A DNA stretch of 64,000 nucleotides from Cetorhinus maximus (taxonomy: Eukaryota): contig NC_135894.1 in assembly GCF_964194155.1 (NCBI RefSeq), positions 57,102,001-57,166,000 on the forward strand, written 5' to 3'. Numbering within the stretch: position 1 is the first letter of the stretch; each line of letters opens with the position of its first letter. Shown piece after piece: positions 13,001 to 26,656 of the stretch. The translations under genes were made by a program, and so were the position numbers. The notes beneath the pieces were generated by a model. That model did no database searches. It was not told where the DNA came from and worked only from the letters and a program-made list of their open reading frames with translations.

Positions 13001-14374
13001 CCAGTTAGCTTAACATCTGTCACTGGGAAAATGTTGGAGTCTATTATAAAGGATGTAATAGCAGTGCATTTAGAAATACATAATATAATCAAGCAGAGTC
13101 AGCATGGATTCATGAAGGGGAAATAATGACCAACAAATTTATTAGTGTTCTTTAAGGAGGTAACAAGCAGGGTAGATAAAGGGGAACCAGTAGATGTAAT
13201 ATATTTGGATTTCCAAAAGGCATTCGATAAGGTACCACACATAAGGCTACTTAATAAGGTAAGAGCCCATGGTATATTAGCATGGATAGAGGATTGGCTA
13301 ACTAATAGAAAACAGAGAGTTGGGATAAGGGAGGCATTTTCGGGATGGCAACCTGTAACTAGTGGAGTGCCACAGGGATCAGTGCTGTGGCCATAATTAT
13401 TTACAATATATATTGACTCAGATGAGGGAAGTGAATGTACTATCACCAAGTTTGCGGATGACACAAAAATAGGCGGGAAGACAAGTGGTAAGGGTAACAC
13501 AGGAGTCTACAGAGGGATATAGACAGGTTAAGTGAGTGGGCAAAAACTTGACAGATGGAATATAATGTGGGAAAAAGTGAGGTTATGCACTTTGGCAGGA
13601 AGAACAGAGGAGCTGAATATTATTTTAATGGAGAAAGACTGCAGAAGGCTGCAGCACAGAGGGATTTGGGAGTCCTTGTGCATGAATCCCAAAAAGCTAA
13701 CATACAAGTTCAACAGGTAATAGGGAAGGCGGATGGAATGTTGGCCTTCATTTCAAAGGGAATGGAGTATAAAAACAGGGAAGACTTGCTAAATCTATAC
13801 AAGGCACCAGTTAGACCACACCTAGAATACTGTGAACAATTTTGGTCCCCTTATCTAAGGAAAGATATACTGGCATTGGCGTCCACAGAAGGTTCAATAG
13901 GTTGATCCCTGATACAGAGAGATTTTCTTAGGAGGACAGGTTGATTAGGTTGAGCCTGTATTCATTGGAGTTTAGAAGAATGAGAGGCGACATAATTGAA
14001 ACATATAAGATTCTTAAGGGGCTTGACAGGATAGATTCTGAGAGGTTGTTTCTCCTTGTGGGAGAGTCTAGGACCAGAGGGCATAATCTTAGAGTAAGGG
14101 GGTGCCCATTTAAAACAGAGATGAGGAAGAGTTTCTTCTCTCAGAGGGTAATGAATCTGTGGAATTCTTTACCGCGGAGGGTTGTAGAGGCTGGGTTGTT
14201 AAGTATATTCAAGGCTGAGATTGACAGATTTTTAATCAGTAAGGGAATCAAGGGTTATGGGGAAAAGGCAGGAAAGTGGAGTTGAGGATTATCAGGTCAG
14301 CAATGATCTCACTGAATAGCAGAGCAGACTCAATGGGCCGAATGGCCTACTACTGCTCCTATGTCTTATGGTCT
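10020..14374 (+). mobile_element. Near full-length CR1 LINE (5' UTR, ORF1, ORF2, tail), inactivated
   Basis: ORF2 fragments: GGGVALLV, VGVVYKPP, IMGDFN, LGNSDH (endonuclease); SPGPDGLHPRILKE, GNYRPVSLTS, YLDFQKAFDKVPH, SGVPQGSVL, KFADDTK (RT); VRPHLEYC. CR1 tail ...gctcctatgtcttatggtct. Confidence 0.95.
10351..11300 (+). pseudogene. CR1 ORF1 remnant (zinc finger/leucine zipper plus SGNH esterase)
   Basis: ATG at 10351 reads MAGRVMCCCCSMWELL, followed by the heptad VKELESELQTL. Esterase blocks VVVVGDS, CCLPGA, VHVGTNN and DGLHLN, broken by frameshifts and stops. Confidence 0.85.
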
Positions 14375-14456
14375 AATCCATGTTGGTATTTACGCTCAAA
14401 ATAAGCAAATCATTTCAAATCATGTCCAACCACTCTGTTCTCACTTTCTTTTAACC

Positions 14457-14551
14457 TCTTTTCCTTCATCTCTTTTCCTTCATCTCTTTTCCTTCATCTC
14501 TTTTCCTTCATCTCTTTTCCTTCATCTCTTTTCCTTCATCTCTTTGCCTTC
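14457..14551 (+). repeat. 14-bp tandem repeat (TCTTTTCCTTCATC) x6 plus a partial copy
   Basis: Six perfect units at 14457-14540, then tctttgccttc. Confidence 0.95.
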
Positions 14552-14829
14552 GATCTTATCCTGAAGGTCAACGTGGCTTCTATCTCAACCACAAACCCAG
14601 AAGTGAACTTTGTTTTTTCTTGTGATGCTCCACATCCCTTTCATTTAATCTTATACCCAAGGCGTTTTATATCGTGACCACTCAATTATTAAAAGCAGTC
14701 TGCTTTTATCTACAGATGTGCACATATACTATTTCTAGCCACCCTGTCCCATCATTTCATAATTTAAGCACTTTAATCATTATCATTCCAAACTCTGCAC
14801 TGTTTAAACAAAACGAAAATCCACTTTCA

Positions 14830-16190
14830 CAGAATTGTTACAATGCAGGAGGCCATTCAGCCCATCATGTCTGCACTGGCTCTCCAAAGGAGCATTTCAC
14901 TAAATTCCATTCTCTTGCCTTCTCCCCATAACCATGCACATTGTTTCTTTGCAAATAATCATCTAATTCCTTTGAATGGCTCAATTGAATTTGCCTCCAC
15001 TACACACTCAGGCAGCGCATTGCAGAACCTAACCACTCGCTGAGTGAAAAAGTTTCTTTTCTCATATCACTTTTGCTTCTTTTGCCAATTACTTAAAATC
15101 TGTGCCTTCTTGTTCTCAATCCGTTCATGAGTGGGAACAGTTTCCCTCTATACTCTGTCCAGGGCCCTCATGATTTTGAATATTTCTATCATATCTCCTC
15201 TCAGCCTTCTCTTCTCCAAGGAAAACAGTCCCAACTCCTCCAATCTATTTTCATAACTGAAGTTTCTCATCCCTGGAACCACTTTTGTAAACTTCTTCTG
15301 CACTGTCTCCAATGCCTTTACATCTTTCCTAAAATGCAGTGTCCAGAGTTCAACATGACCTCTTTGCTCTTGTACTCTATGCCCCCATAATAAAGTCTAG
15401 GATACTGTATGTTTTTATTAACTGCGCTCAAACTGTGCTGCCACCTTTAATGACTTATGCACATATACACCCAGGTCCCATTGCTCCTGCACCCACTGTG
15501 GAATAGTACTCTTTATTTTACACCATCTTTCTCTGTTCTTCCTACTAAAATGTATCACCTCGCATTTCTCCGCATTGAACTTCATCTGTCACCTATCCAC
15601 CCATACCACCAACTTGTCTATGTCCTTTTGAAGTTCTTCTCTATCCTCCTCAGTTTACAATGCTTCCAAGTTTCATATCAACCACAAATTTTGAAACTGC
15701 ACCCTATACACCAAGGTCTAAATCATTAATATATATCAGGAAAAGCAAGGGTCCGAATACCAACCCATAGGGAACTCCACTACAAACCCCCTACAGCCCG
15801 AGAAACATTCATTAACCACTTCTGTTTTCTGAAACTCAGCCAATTTTGTATCGATGTTGCTAATGTCCCTTTTATTCTATGAGCTATAACTTTTCTCACC
15901 AGTCTGTTGTGCGACACTGTATCAAATGCCTTTTGGAAGTCCATGTACACCACATCAACAGCATTGCCCTCATCAACCCTCTCTGTTACCCCTTCAAAAA
16001 CTCCAGCAACTTAGTTAAGCACAATTTTCCCTTAAGAAATCTATGCTGGCTTTCCTTAATGAACCCGCATATGTCCATGTGACTATTAATTCTATCCCAA
16101 ATTATTGTTTCTAGAAGTTTTCCCACCACTTACACCCTTTTTTGAACAAGGCCATAATGTTGACAATTCTCCAGTACTCTGGCACCACCC
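14830..16190 (-). mobile_element. Old CR1 3' fragment
   Basis: Begins with the reverse-complement CR1 tail (ggaggccattcagcccatc). Contains atcaaatgccttttggaagtccat (reverse of DFQKAFD) and ggaactccact (SGVP). Confidence 0.85.
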
Positions 16191-18363
16191 TGAACCTTTT
16201 TTTCCCAAGCTTTTGCTCAAATTTATATTTCTTACAACAGCAGGAACACAGTTAATCTGCACTGTGCTCTCTAAATCTTTAATATTCTTCCTATAGCATG
16301 CAGCTCAATATTGCACAATGCTCTGAGGTCTTGTGGCTTTTACATTCTCTCTCATGCTAAAAGCTAAGATTCTATTACTTTTTTTCTTTTACACAGCATC
16401 AATTTGACTTGTGCTCATTGTGTGTGCCTGCACCCAAAATGCCTTTTGCTCTTCCTATTTACATTCAGAGTATTATATTTTCTTCACAAAAATGTATCAC
16501 TTCCCATTACTGACACTGAATTCCATCTAGTCACTTTATTTTATTCCTCAATTTCAATATCCATTCTCAACTTCCTTTGATCTCCTAAATAATGAATATA
16601 ATTCTCATTTTGGTATCAGTGACAAATTTCTCTAGGCTTACAAACAGTGCACAGAAGTGGCCCCAGAACTGAACCTGCATAATAATATCCAATCCCAATT
16701 GTTCTAAAGAAAAAATTACCTTAACTCCATTCTAATCAATTTTTAAATCCAGTATGCATTCTTTCCCCAGTTCCATGTCCCTTAATCTTTCCTAGCAATC
16801 TCATGTCTTACTTCGTCAAAGGTTTTTCTGAAGTTCATGCACACTACATCCACTTCATTTCCCCTATCTACTGCCTTAAAAGAATTACAAAATTTATCAA
16901 GGACGCTTATTCCTTTTGAAATCCATGCTGGCTACTTCTAACTACTTTCCTTTTATCTAGATCATGGCAATTTAATTCTTAAAGGTACTAAAATTTTCCT
17001 ACTACAGATTTTAAACTAACTGCTTGTAAAAAATGGGTACTAATTTTTTTTTCCAGCCATCATCAATACAATTTTCCTTCATGATGGAAATACTCAATGA
17101 GCGTTTCCTGCTACCTTATCCAAGGCAATCATTGCTACTGGCCCACATAAATTGAATGTGCAAAAAAATCTTAAAAGTCAGTACTACTTAAGAAATCAAG
17201 TGTTACATTAATCATACATTGGTGTTACTACACAACTTTTTCTAGTTACAGAGCTAGAATCTGAATACAAATACATGATGCATTTCATGACTACAACAGT
17301 TAATAAAATAGGCAAAATGCTCTTGAAAGATATCAAGGAGAATAAATGGTGCAATGGGTGCCAATATATGAACCTGGGTTTGACTGCAAACCACAGCATG
17401 AAATTCCTTTGTTTGCTAGGCTACAACATAGGAATGTCATAGACATGATACAAGTCTGGCAATCTTAATCCTGTCTCTAGTGGCTACAGTTCCACAGCAC
17501 AAAGTGCTAAAATTTAAGTAAAGACTGATTTAGAAAATTAAAGAGAAATATACACACGGTTGCAGGAAAGGAGAGAAAGCAGTATATTTAGCTGTGTCGT
17601 GCTGGATTTAATCTAGAAAAACAATTTCACCTTCAATGTAAAAGGTAAATTTTAAAAATGAAAATTAAGACTCAGTGCTGAGCACTTCAGTCAGTTGGCA
17701 AGAGAAGGGGTTGAAATACTTGTTGCACAAACTTAATCTAAACTGACTTTTCTTGATATTCTGACAAGAGTACAAAACCATTGAGTAATTTCTCACTCAA
17801 ATGTTGTAGCTGCGTTCCTGAAAAGTGCAACTATAAATGAAACAATGTTAAGCGAATCAGATGTTTCCATTGCAACCAACATAAAAGCCGGAGTTAAGTT
17901 CTGTGAACCTTTCTTGTCAGGAAAAAAATTAGAACATTATATCCTGCAAAGTGAAATATCGCACGTTCCTAAATTCTTATATTCGTAAGCTAAATAGCTT
18001 CTAAAATAAAATTTAAAAATATAATATATTCTAACTCTTGCTTCTTACCTCCCTCTCGCCGCTCATCCCGCTTGCCAACCCTCCTGTTCACTGTTTCCCG
18101 CTTCCCTCTTCAGAATCCTCTTTGTGAGCGAGGGAATGAGAAGAGCTGCAAATGAGAGGATCAGGCAGAGAAGCGGCGAGTGGTAAGGAGGGTCAGTGAG
18201 CAGGAGAGAGAGTCCAAAATGGCGCTGATCGGGGTCACGCAACACTATGTCGGCCCGGCGCAAAGCGACGCTAGAAAAATGGAAAACCCTATACAAAAAG
18301 TGTGCTTACTATTATATCTGTGCGTTAAAGTGGAATGGCTTAGAACAGGGAATTTAAAACTGG

Positions 18364-18690
18364 ACTTCTTCTTAGGCAGTCCCTTGGGACTGAGGATGAC
18401 TTTCTTTCACTCCAGGGTTGTGGGTCCTGAGGTGACTAAAAAGTCCAATGCTGGATCCGCGCACACTGCCATAGGTGGGGCAGGTAGCACTTGATGAGGT
18501 GGGTGGGTGAGATGCTCAGGCTTTGGTATGCTCCTTCCACTGTTTGTGTTTGGTCTCCATCTGGGTCTGCTGAAGACACTTGAAATGGTTGGCATCTTCA
18601 CGGATGCTTCTCTAGTTTGGGCGGTCTCCAGCAAGAGATTCCCACAGATTGGTGGGGATGTTGCATTTTTTCAGGAAGGCTTTGAGGATG
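18364..18690 (-). mobile_element. RTE (BovB-like) LINE 3' fragment
   Basis: Minus-strand tail gggactgcctaagaagaag. Flanked by imperfect direct repeats agaacagggaatttaaaac (18342-18360) and aaaacagggtaatttaaacc (18692-18711). Confidence 0.65.
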
Positions 18691-19969
18691 TAAAACAGGG
18701 TAATTTAAACCTAAAACAGGGCAATTTAGAATGGGGACCTACTGTATTTGTAGTCACCTAAATTTGAACAATTGCCTAGGTTCCAAAGAAGTGTTCCACA
18801 GAAGACGTTCCATGGCAACTTTGGTCCAGTCTATTCTTAACAAAAAAGCTGGATTATATTTACTTTTCTTCCAAGTAAATGTTAAGCATGCACTTATTTT
18901 TGGCTAAACTGCCAAGCAGGGTAAACAATTTTAGCCAATCTTATGCTCTCAAATGAAATACATGACTCTACCACTAACTACAGCTATAACAGAGAATAGA
19001 TTGTTAAAAGGTCTATGATTAGGTAGAATCTCTATTTTAGAGAATTCAAACAAATCATGCTGTAATTTACATTTTGAAAAACAATGGACATCTTGCAACA
19101 TGCACCTTGAGTTAGACTTTTTCCTGCACCTTTCAGTAGGATAATTTGCACCGTAACTTGCTAGAAGCGTGAGCTGATAATGGCGCAGTGTGGGCAATTA
19201 GACATCTGGGACCAAGAAGACCAAACCAAAAAATTCAAGGATGGGAAAAGAAACAGAAGAACCATAGAGGGGGAGGACAGAATAGAATCAAAATCAGGTA
19301 CAGAAAGAGAAATGAGGAGAGGGGAAGAGTAATTAGCTTGACAGAAAGAAAAAAGATAAAAGAGAAAAATGTAAGAAAAAATAAAATTTCCACGTACAGG
19401 AATGAGACTCAACAGTTTAAATTGTTACCTTTCTGGGAACTGGCAGAGATCGATTAGCATAATTACATACTTAAAAGGGAACTTAGACTGTTAATTATAA
19501 GCTTCAATTTACTGTAGTGAGTTTGATGGGCAATTAATGTGCAAATTCAAAAAGTGCTTAAAAATTAACGGGGAGGCTAAAGTTAACATGCTGTTTGCAC
19601 AAGGCAAAAGTCGGAATGGCATGAATCGACAATCGTGCTGGAGAGTCACAACTCATGGTGCATCTTTTCCTCTGAACATGTTGGCCAATTTGCATATTAA
19701 TGATGGCATGCATCATGAACCTAGTCATTGTTTTTTTAACAGGAAGATGACTTATAAATCTGCTATGCACATCTCTGTATTTGATTAATATGCTTAACAT
19801 GTCTACTAAGTAAGAAGTGTCACCCGCTTAGGTCCTAGCCAATCTAGATAATTGCAACTTGCAATTATTCAGCACCTTTAATTAGCCCACTTCACAATGC
19901 AAGTAGAGTTAATGTTGAGTCAGTTTTGGTTTCCAATAGCTTGCGATTGTACTCCTCTTTCCATTAGTT

Positions 19970-21330
19970 AGGTCAAAGTGATTGGTTTTGAGAAGCCTTT
20001 TAAGAAGCCTTCAGGGAAGGAGAGGTGCACAGGTTTAGGAAGGGCATATTGAATAATAGAGCAAAGATGACTGAAGACATTGCTACCACAAAGGGAAAAA
20101 AAATGTGCGCTTATCTTTCACATCCACAGGATGTCCCAAAGTACTCAGCCAATTACTTTTGAAATATAATCATTGTTGTACAGACAAACAAGATGGGCAA
20201 ATTGTGCACAGTAAGATCCCAAAACAGCAAAGAAATAAATGACAAATTAATTTGGACACTGCACTGTGCTTCTTTGAATAGCACCATGAGATCCTTAATT
20301 TCCAGTTGATTAGGCATGCAGGGTTTCAGTTTAATAACTCATGTGAATGACAGCATCAATAGTGCAGAACTCCCTCAGTGCTGCAATGAAGTCAAGCCAG
20401 ATTAAGTTCTCAAGTCCAGCAGTGAGGTTTCAAAGGCAATGGTCCCACTACTGCTCAAGCTGATATTAACACTGATGTGGAAGGAAAGGAGATGCAAAAG
20501 ACAAGAAGGAAGGGATGAGACTTAAAGCTGGAAGAAGTTACATAATGTGGGTGCTGATGTAATGAGGATAAAACATTTAAATTTGATTTGTTGGGAACAG
20601 GGAATTAATGTAGATCAGCAAGGGCTGGGATAATGTAAAAATTGAATTTAGTATGAATTAGGGTGTCTGTGGCAGAGCTCTGGATGATTTGGGGTTCATG
20701 GAAAGTGAAGATCAGAAGAACCAACATGTAGGGCATTGAACTGACAAAAATACAGAAGGGTTTGGCAGCAAGGTAAGTTTGAAGCTGGAAATGTTGTAAC
20801 GGTGAAAGCAAGCAGCCTTAGATATGGAAGTAAAAAGCTCTTTGAAGCTCAACTCTTGGCCAAACAGGTAACACAGGCCTGAACGTTCAACCAGGTGCAA
20901 AGGTGAATTGGTGACCAAAGTGCAGAGTGGATGCCAAAAGCAATGGTTTTGTTCTTACTGACATTCAACTGGAGGAATACTTGGCTCAATCACAGTCTGT
21001 CTGCAAAGAAGCAAGCATGGTTTTAAGGAAGAAGGATAAGTGATGGAGATAGGCTGTGTCAGCATACATAAGAAAGTTTACCCTGTGGTTGCAGATGAAT
21101 TGAGGAATAACATCTGCACAAGGAAGGGCGCAAGAATAGATACTTGGGGAACTACTTAGATGATAATGTAGGGCAGGAGCAGCTTTGCTGAAAATGCACT
21201 GATTGTCACCATGCAAGGCTGTCCCATTGAAATGGATCCAGATGGGGAAGTAGTGGAGCAGGATGGCACTGCTGACTACATTGAAAACTCTGGAGGTCAA
21301 GGAGGTTAAAGCATCATGACCAAAGGTCAC
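19970..21330 (-). mobile_element. Old L2-like LINE fragment, interrupted by a SINE
   Basis: Decayed RT segment ...DVIPQFICNHRVNFLMYAD... on the minus strand, with L2-like composition. Confidence 0.55.
20100..20465 (-). mobile_element. DeuSINE (SacSINE1-like) SINE
   Basis: Reverse complement of the Deu domain: agtgcagaactccctcagtgctgca...gttctcaagtcc, and ttctttgaatagcaccatgagatcc. L2-type tail. Confidence 0.7.
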
Positions 21331-21530
21331 AAAGTCACTACTTGACTTATGGCCTAATGGTGGTGGATTCTGACTGGCAGGCTATTTTACTCAAAAGCAT
21401 AATTCAAAAATATGGATAGGGTCTGAGATTCATATTAGTGCACTGTACAAAACAAATGTTCTCCTATAATGTGCCAGCATGTAAAAATACATAACCTAGT
21501 TGGGAGAAAGAAATGCTGTTTAGCATCACA

Positions 21531-21696
21531 AGCAAAATTCTGTAGATGCTGGAAATCTTGAAATAAAAACAAAAAAATGCTGCAAATACTCAGCAGGTCA
21601 GGCAGCATCTGCAAAGAGAAATAGTTAATGTTAATTCTGTTTCTCTCCACAGATGCTGCCTGACCTGAGTATTTGCAGCACTTATCCTTTTTATTT
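21531..21696. mobile_element. Palindromic (inverted two-arm) Penelope 3'-repeat derivative
   Basis: Left arm tgctgcaaatactcagcaggtcaggcagcatctg and right arm cagatgctgcctgacctgagtatttgcagca are reverse complements; both match the Penelope 3' end at 30290-30365. Confidence 0.8.
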
Positions 21697-22850
21697 GTTT
21701 ACTGTCTGTTATACTATTAATGATGTAAATATTTGTGGCAGGAAAGTAGGGATATATTGACTTTGGCTAAGATCAGGATGCAAATTCAGGCATTCTTGAC
21801 TACCACCTTCCTGCATTTTAAAATCTTCAACTGTTATCCAAAAGCACTGAGATATTCAGCAGCAGTGACTCAGCTGTTTCAAAAGTCTACTCAATTTAAC
21901 TTTGCTTAATTCAAATTACCTGGCTACATTATTATTAATAAAGCACTACATTCTATTTTACCCCCATTGCTAAATTCAAGTTATTGAATAATTCAAATTT
22001 TATAGTTCAAAAATATTTGTTAGTCAGTAGACTGTAGATCCCACCTTTTTTCCGAAATCTCTCATCAATCTCACCATATGGCTTAGAAAAAAATGGTTAA
22101 TTTTGATTGTTTGGCTCTTGCTCCCAGTATAAACAAATGGCTATCAAATCCCAACTATATTTGCAATACATTTGACATTGGTAATATTAATAATATGTTA
22201 AAGAGAACTTTTGTTTTGACATTTCCTGGACAATTAGGAAAGTGAATTGAAACAGTTAGGTATCAGCTTCATATGGACCACCAGTGGACCTGGAAATATT
22301 CAGCCTCAATGCTGCAGGTAAGAAAGAAGAGATCAAAAGGAAAAGCTCTGTCCAAAGTCATTACTATACAGGGTCTGTGATGCTATGAAATCTTATGAAC
22401 AGTGCAGTATGAAAATCCTATTAGATCCTCAATTGTGTGGCTCCCTTTGAAGAAGAGTTGATAAAGGAATGCATTGTTATTAAAAACTGCGTAAACAGGA
22501 ATTCAAATTAAATCATATTACTATGTTTACTATACAATTAGCAGACAAAACATTCCACATGAAACATTAGAACTAGTACTCCAAATATAGTCAACAAAAC
22601 TGGTTTCTTCAGGGGCCAATAGGCCAAAGCATCTTAAAATATAAAATATTAAAAGCAAATGATAGTCTAAAAAATCAGACAACAACATTAAGCAAAGCTG
22701 CTAATAGAATGTTCAAAGTCTGGAAAGATAAAAAAATCAAGAAATTTAAGAAGTTTTTTTTTAAAGAACCATTTTGGACTGATCCTTTTCCTTATGAACT
22801 GAATATCTACTCCAATCTGGTAGTCAGGTGACATTCACGGAAGTACCCAC

Positions 22851-22946
22851 CCTCAGCTGGAGCAGCCTGGAAATCAGAGGAGTCCTTCTTTAACTTTGAA
22901 GTCACACTAATTTTCCTTGCTTTTCTCTCTAGAGTACCTGAAGGGT
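22851..22946 (-). CDS. TAB3: TAB3 exon (symmetric, candidate cassette exon)
   Basis: tcttgtacag|ACCCTTCA gives DPSGTLERKARKISVTSKLKKDSSDFQAAPAE, then G|GTGGGT. Resembles the ERKARRISVTSK segment of mammalian TAB3. 96 bp, phase 1 to 1. Confidence 0.9.
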
Positions 22947-24799
22947 CTGTACAAGACAAGTCATGAAGATTGAGAGGGATAAAGGGGCAAACCTCTAAAA
23001 ACCTAAAACACAACCCCAACACACATGTAAGACGCCACAACTAGATACAATACATAAAGCACATTTCTTAAGCATTTATCTAACTACTTCACACCACTAG
23101 AGTAAACTATTGAATAAAAGAAATCGGAAAAAAAAGAGCAGCTGACACCTTCATGAAACCCAAAGATTCATGCACAGACAATCCTGCACAGACATCATTG
23201 GTGGGATAGCACTAAGGCAAGAAAATAATTTACAATTTCTTCAGTTTTGCTGTGAAGTATGCCCCCTGGTTGGTCTTAGGTTTGGCTCAAGAACATTGCT
23301 CCCACCCAAAGAATAATGGATCTTAACAGGACGAATAGGTATTGAAATAAGTTGCAGTTAATGGATGGCTGTTGTACTATTACATTGTGAGGACAATTTT
23401 ATTGCACCAAGCAAGATTCCACCCCTTTTTATTCCCACAGGCTGTATTCGTAAAGTGCTGAAACTTCAGGCTACACAGGTGTTTGAATGTCAACATCAAG
23501 TTACTAAGATGCATACTTTTAAAAGAAATAAACTACAACTGTAAAGATAATGTTACTAAACAAAAATAAACCTTTCAGAACAGCTTAAAGGCTGGGTCAT
23601 GAAACATTTCGATTTTGTACAATTTAACCTACAATGTGGAGGACAGAAATCTTTTGAAGGCTTGAGCTTAATTGAAGATGCTGCTCAGCTTTAAAATTTG
23701 TCTGTTATTTTGAGACTAATGCTCAATTCTCACCCTGCAACACTTCATAGAATTGAACTATAACAACTGGAATAGGTTGGCATTATTTCACCACTAATTC
23801 AAATACACTAACAAATAATTGATACAGATAACTTATCCCAGATCAATACAGTTTTGAAATCTGACTTTAAGATTTCAATTGTGTGTGAGATCAAGAATTA
23901 AATCGGAACAGTGCAAATTTTCATTTGATCCCCCCCCAAGTTGACTTAAAAATTTTAGCAACACAATACAATGAGATTTTACATTTAAATTCCCTTCCAA
24001 GCCTTATTTCTCACTCTGCTTCTCCATTTATGTCACACCACCTGCTGAATAAGGATTGCACTTGCCATATTTGAGCCTATGTCTATATCGCCTCTGTGCC
24101 TCAACAGTTTGTTCAACTGAGGAGTGACTAGGATATCTCTATATTCTCCTTCACTTCAGCAAAATACTTCATCTGTTTTTAGTACTTAAGGATTGAAATA
24201 AAGTCATGATTTCAATTTGTGGGTAAAGTAGCTTTACAGGGATAAAACCTAGCTCTACCACTCCATTGCAGAATGTACTAAAATACCAATGTACCCAAAT
24301 AAAACAATGAGAAAGCCACATCATTTTAGAATCACTTTCTACTATGCTAAAACTACAAATAAAGGAGATAAAAGCTTTTAAATCTACTATAAAAGAGCGA
24401 CTTTTAAAATTGTAGAATGCAAACATTCTAATGGCAAAGCTAAATGAAAACTTTCTTTTAGCAAATGCTGGCTCACAATCAAACCCTCCATAGCAACTGA
24501 TTAAAGGTTTTGTTGCAAGCAAACAGTACTTTGTACAAAACAAGGCTCGGTTTCTTCTTCACACACTGTAACCTACATAGGGCTGTGTTAATATGTCACT
24601 AATTATGGTCAATATTTTTCCTATGTGTTCCAGTTATTGGTTGTTCCACTCAGTCTGAATCAAATTACAAGTTCAATAATAAATAAAACATAGTATCACA
24701 TGACATTCTAAACATTTACACCAAATTAAAACAAATTACTTTCACAACTTTCAAAATATTTGTATTCTGCAATTTCCCTGCTGCTCCCTTACAAAACAC

Positions 24800-25040
24800 T
24801 CCAGGACTTCAGCACTTAATCTAGGCTAGAACTCTATGCGTTACTGAGACATTAGAGGTGGCATCTTTTGGCAGAGAAACTGAGGTTCCTTCTGCCTGCC
24901 ACAATGGCTACAAAATATCCTGTAACAGGAGGACTCTCCTGGCCAACATTCCTCCTTTACTCACACCAGAAGAAACAGATTAACAGATCATTTCTACATT
25001 TGCTGTTTGTGGCTTCTGCACCTGCCTCCATCACAGTCAT
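24800..25040 (+). mobile_element. Degenerate DeuSINE-like SINE
   Basis: ggacttcagcacttaatctaggct...ggtggcatctttt...ctctcctggccaacattcctcc resembles the reverse complement of the 20100-20465 copy. Confidence 0.55.
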
Positions 25041-26656
25041 TGACATCAGCTGTCCCTGAATTCAAGAATGACATCTACTCAGGGTCCTGAGTTTCTGTTC
25101 TGGATCCTCACGTGACTGAACAGGCCAATACTCGGCCCACATATCTTTGGGCACATGGGGCAGGATGTCACACGCGGTTGTGGGATCTGAGTGCAGGATT
25201 TGCTTCCTTTTCTTCTCTGCCTCATCATTAAGACATTGCGACTCAAAGCATGATGCAGCTTAATGGACAAGTTACTGCCATTTTGAAAGATTAGTAGCAA
25301 GCTCTTCACAGTCATTAATCTCAATGCTACCATGCTTCAAGGAGAGCTTCAGAGTGTCTTTGCAGTGTTTTCTTTGTCCTCCCCAGGACGTTGGCCATAT
25401 GAAAGTTGATTAACAGGATCTGGTGGGGAAGATGCTGTCCAACCATCCGAGCAGTGTCTGATCCACTGAAGTTGATTTTGCAGGAGTTTTGCCCGAAAGC
25501 TTGTAGGGCTGGCTTCAAGAACGACACTAGCATTTGTTGAACTGTCCTCTCATTGAATCCAGAGGATGTGACCAAGGTATTGCTGATAGAATTTCTATAA
25601 CGCTCTTATGTGTTGCTGATGCATAATCCAGGTCTCACTGCAGTACAAGAGTGTGTTGATGACAACTGCTCTCTACAATAGGACTTTTGCTGACACGGAG
25701 ATCTTTGCTGTCAACCACTCTCTGCCACAGTTTGTAGAGGATGAGCTGGTGCAGCTGATCCAGTGTTGGATCTCTGCATCAATGGTGGCCTTTTGAGAAA
25801 GGTAGCTGCCAAGGTGTGTGAAGTGCTCAACATATTCCAGAGTCTCTCCTTCAACATGTGTGGGAGGTAGAAAATTTCACTGACTAGCTATGTGTTATTT
25901 TGGCACCATTCAAAAACAGGCCGAGTTTCTTGTATGCAGAATTGAAGAGATCGAGAGTGGTTTGTAAGTCTGGCGCAGAGTGGGCAACAACACTGCAGTC
26001 ATCTACAAACTGTAGATTATGTATGGTTATGATGGTCAGTTTAATTTTGACATGGAGGCAAGTGAGGTTAAAGAGTTTTCCATGTAGATGGTATTTAATA
26101 CTGACACCAGATAGAAGATTTTTGATGAGGTGAATAGTCACTGTCAGGTAGGTTGTAAATAGTATTGGGGCTATCACACAGCTTTGCTTGACACATGGCC
26201 AGATTTTGAAGGGAACTGTTTGAGATCTCCCACTCAAGACAGCTGCAGTTGTATCATCATGAAGCAACTGCAGGATTGTGAAGTTTTTTGGACATCCAAA
26301 TCTTTGGAGCACAATCCACAGAGCCTCACAATTACTGAGTCAAATACTTTGGTCAGGTTGATGAAGGTCATTGTTTTTCATTCATTTGATTGCTTGTTGC
26401 AGTTCTCCCATCCATGCTGGCTGACCCATGGATTCTACCACAGGGTGGAGGTTAACTTGGAGAACATCGACTACCAATGTGGGTTCAAGATTGAAGAGTT
26501 GCTGAAATTGCTATTTCTGGCGTTGACTGATGGCATTGTCATCTTGAGAAGAGAAACACCATGCTGTGAGCAAAGGGGATTTTGTCCATTTGACCTTATT
26601 CTATAGATGGCCCTGGTGTTTTCAAAATGCTTTCATGCCATGATGGCCAGCATATT

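Noticed and set aside
14457-14551. CRISPR-like array
   Set aside because: Head-to-tail repeats without spacers, no cas genes, and a vertebrate context.
18030-18290. CpG-containing segment with a minus-strand donor-like AGGTAAG, a possible extra TAB3 exon
   Set aside because: The translation has no TAB3 similarity and the exon chain is already complete. More likely a repeat remnant.
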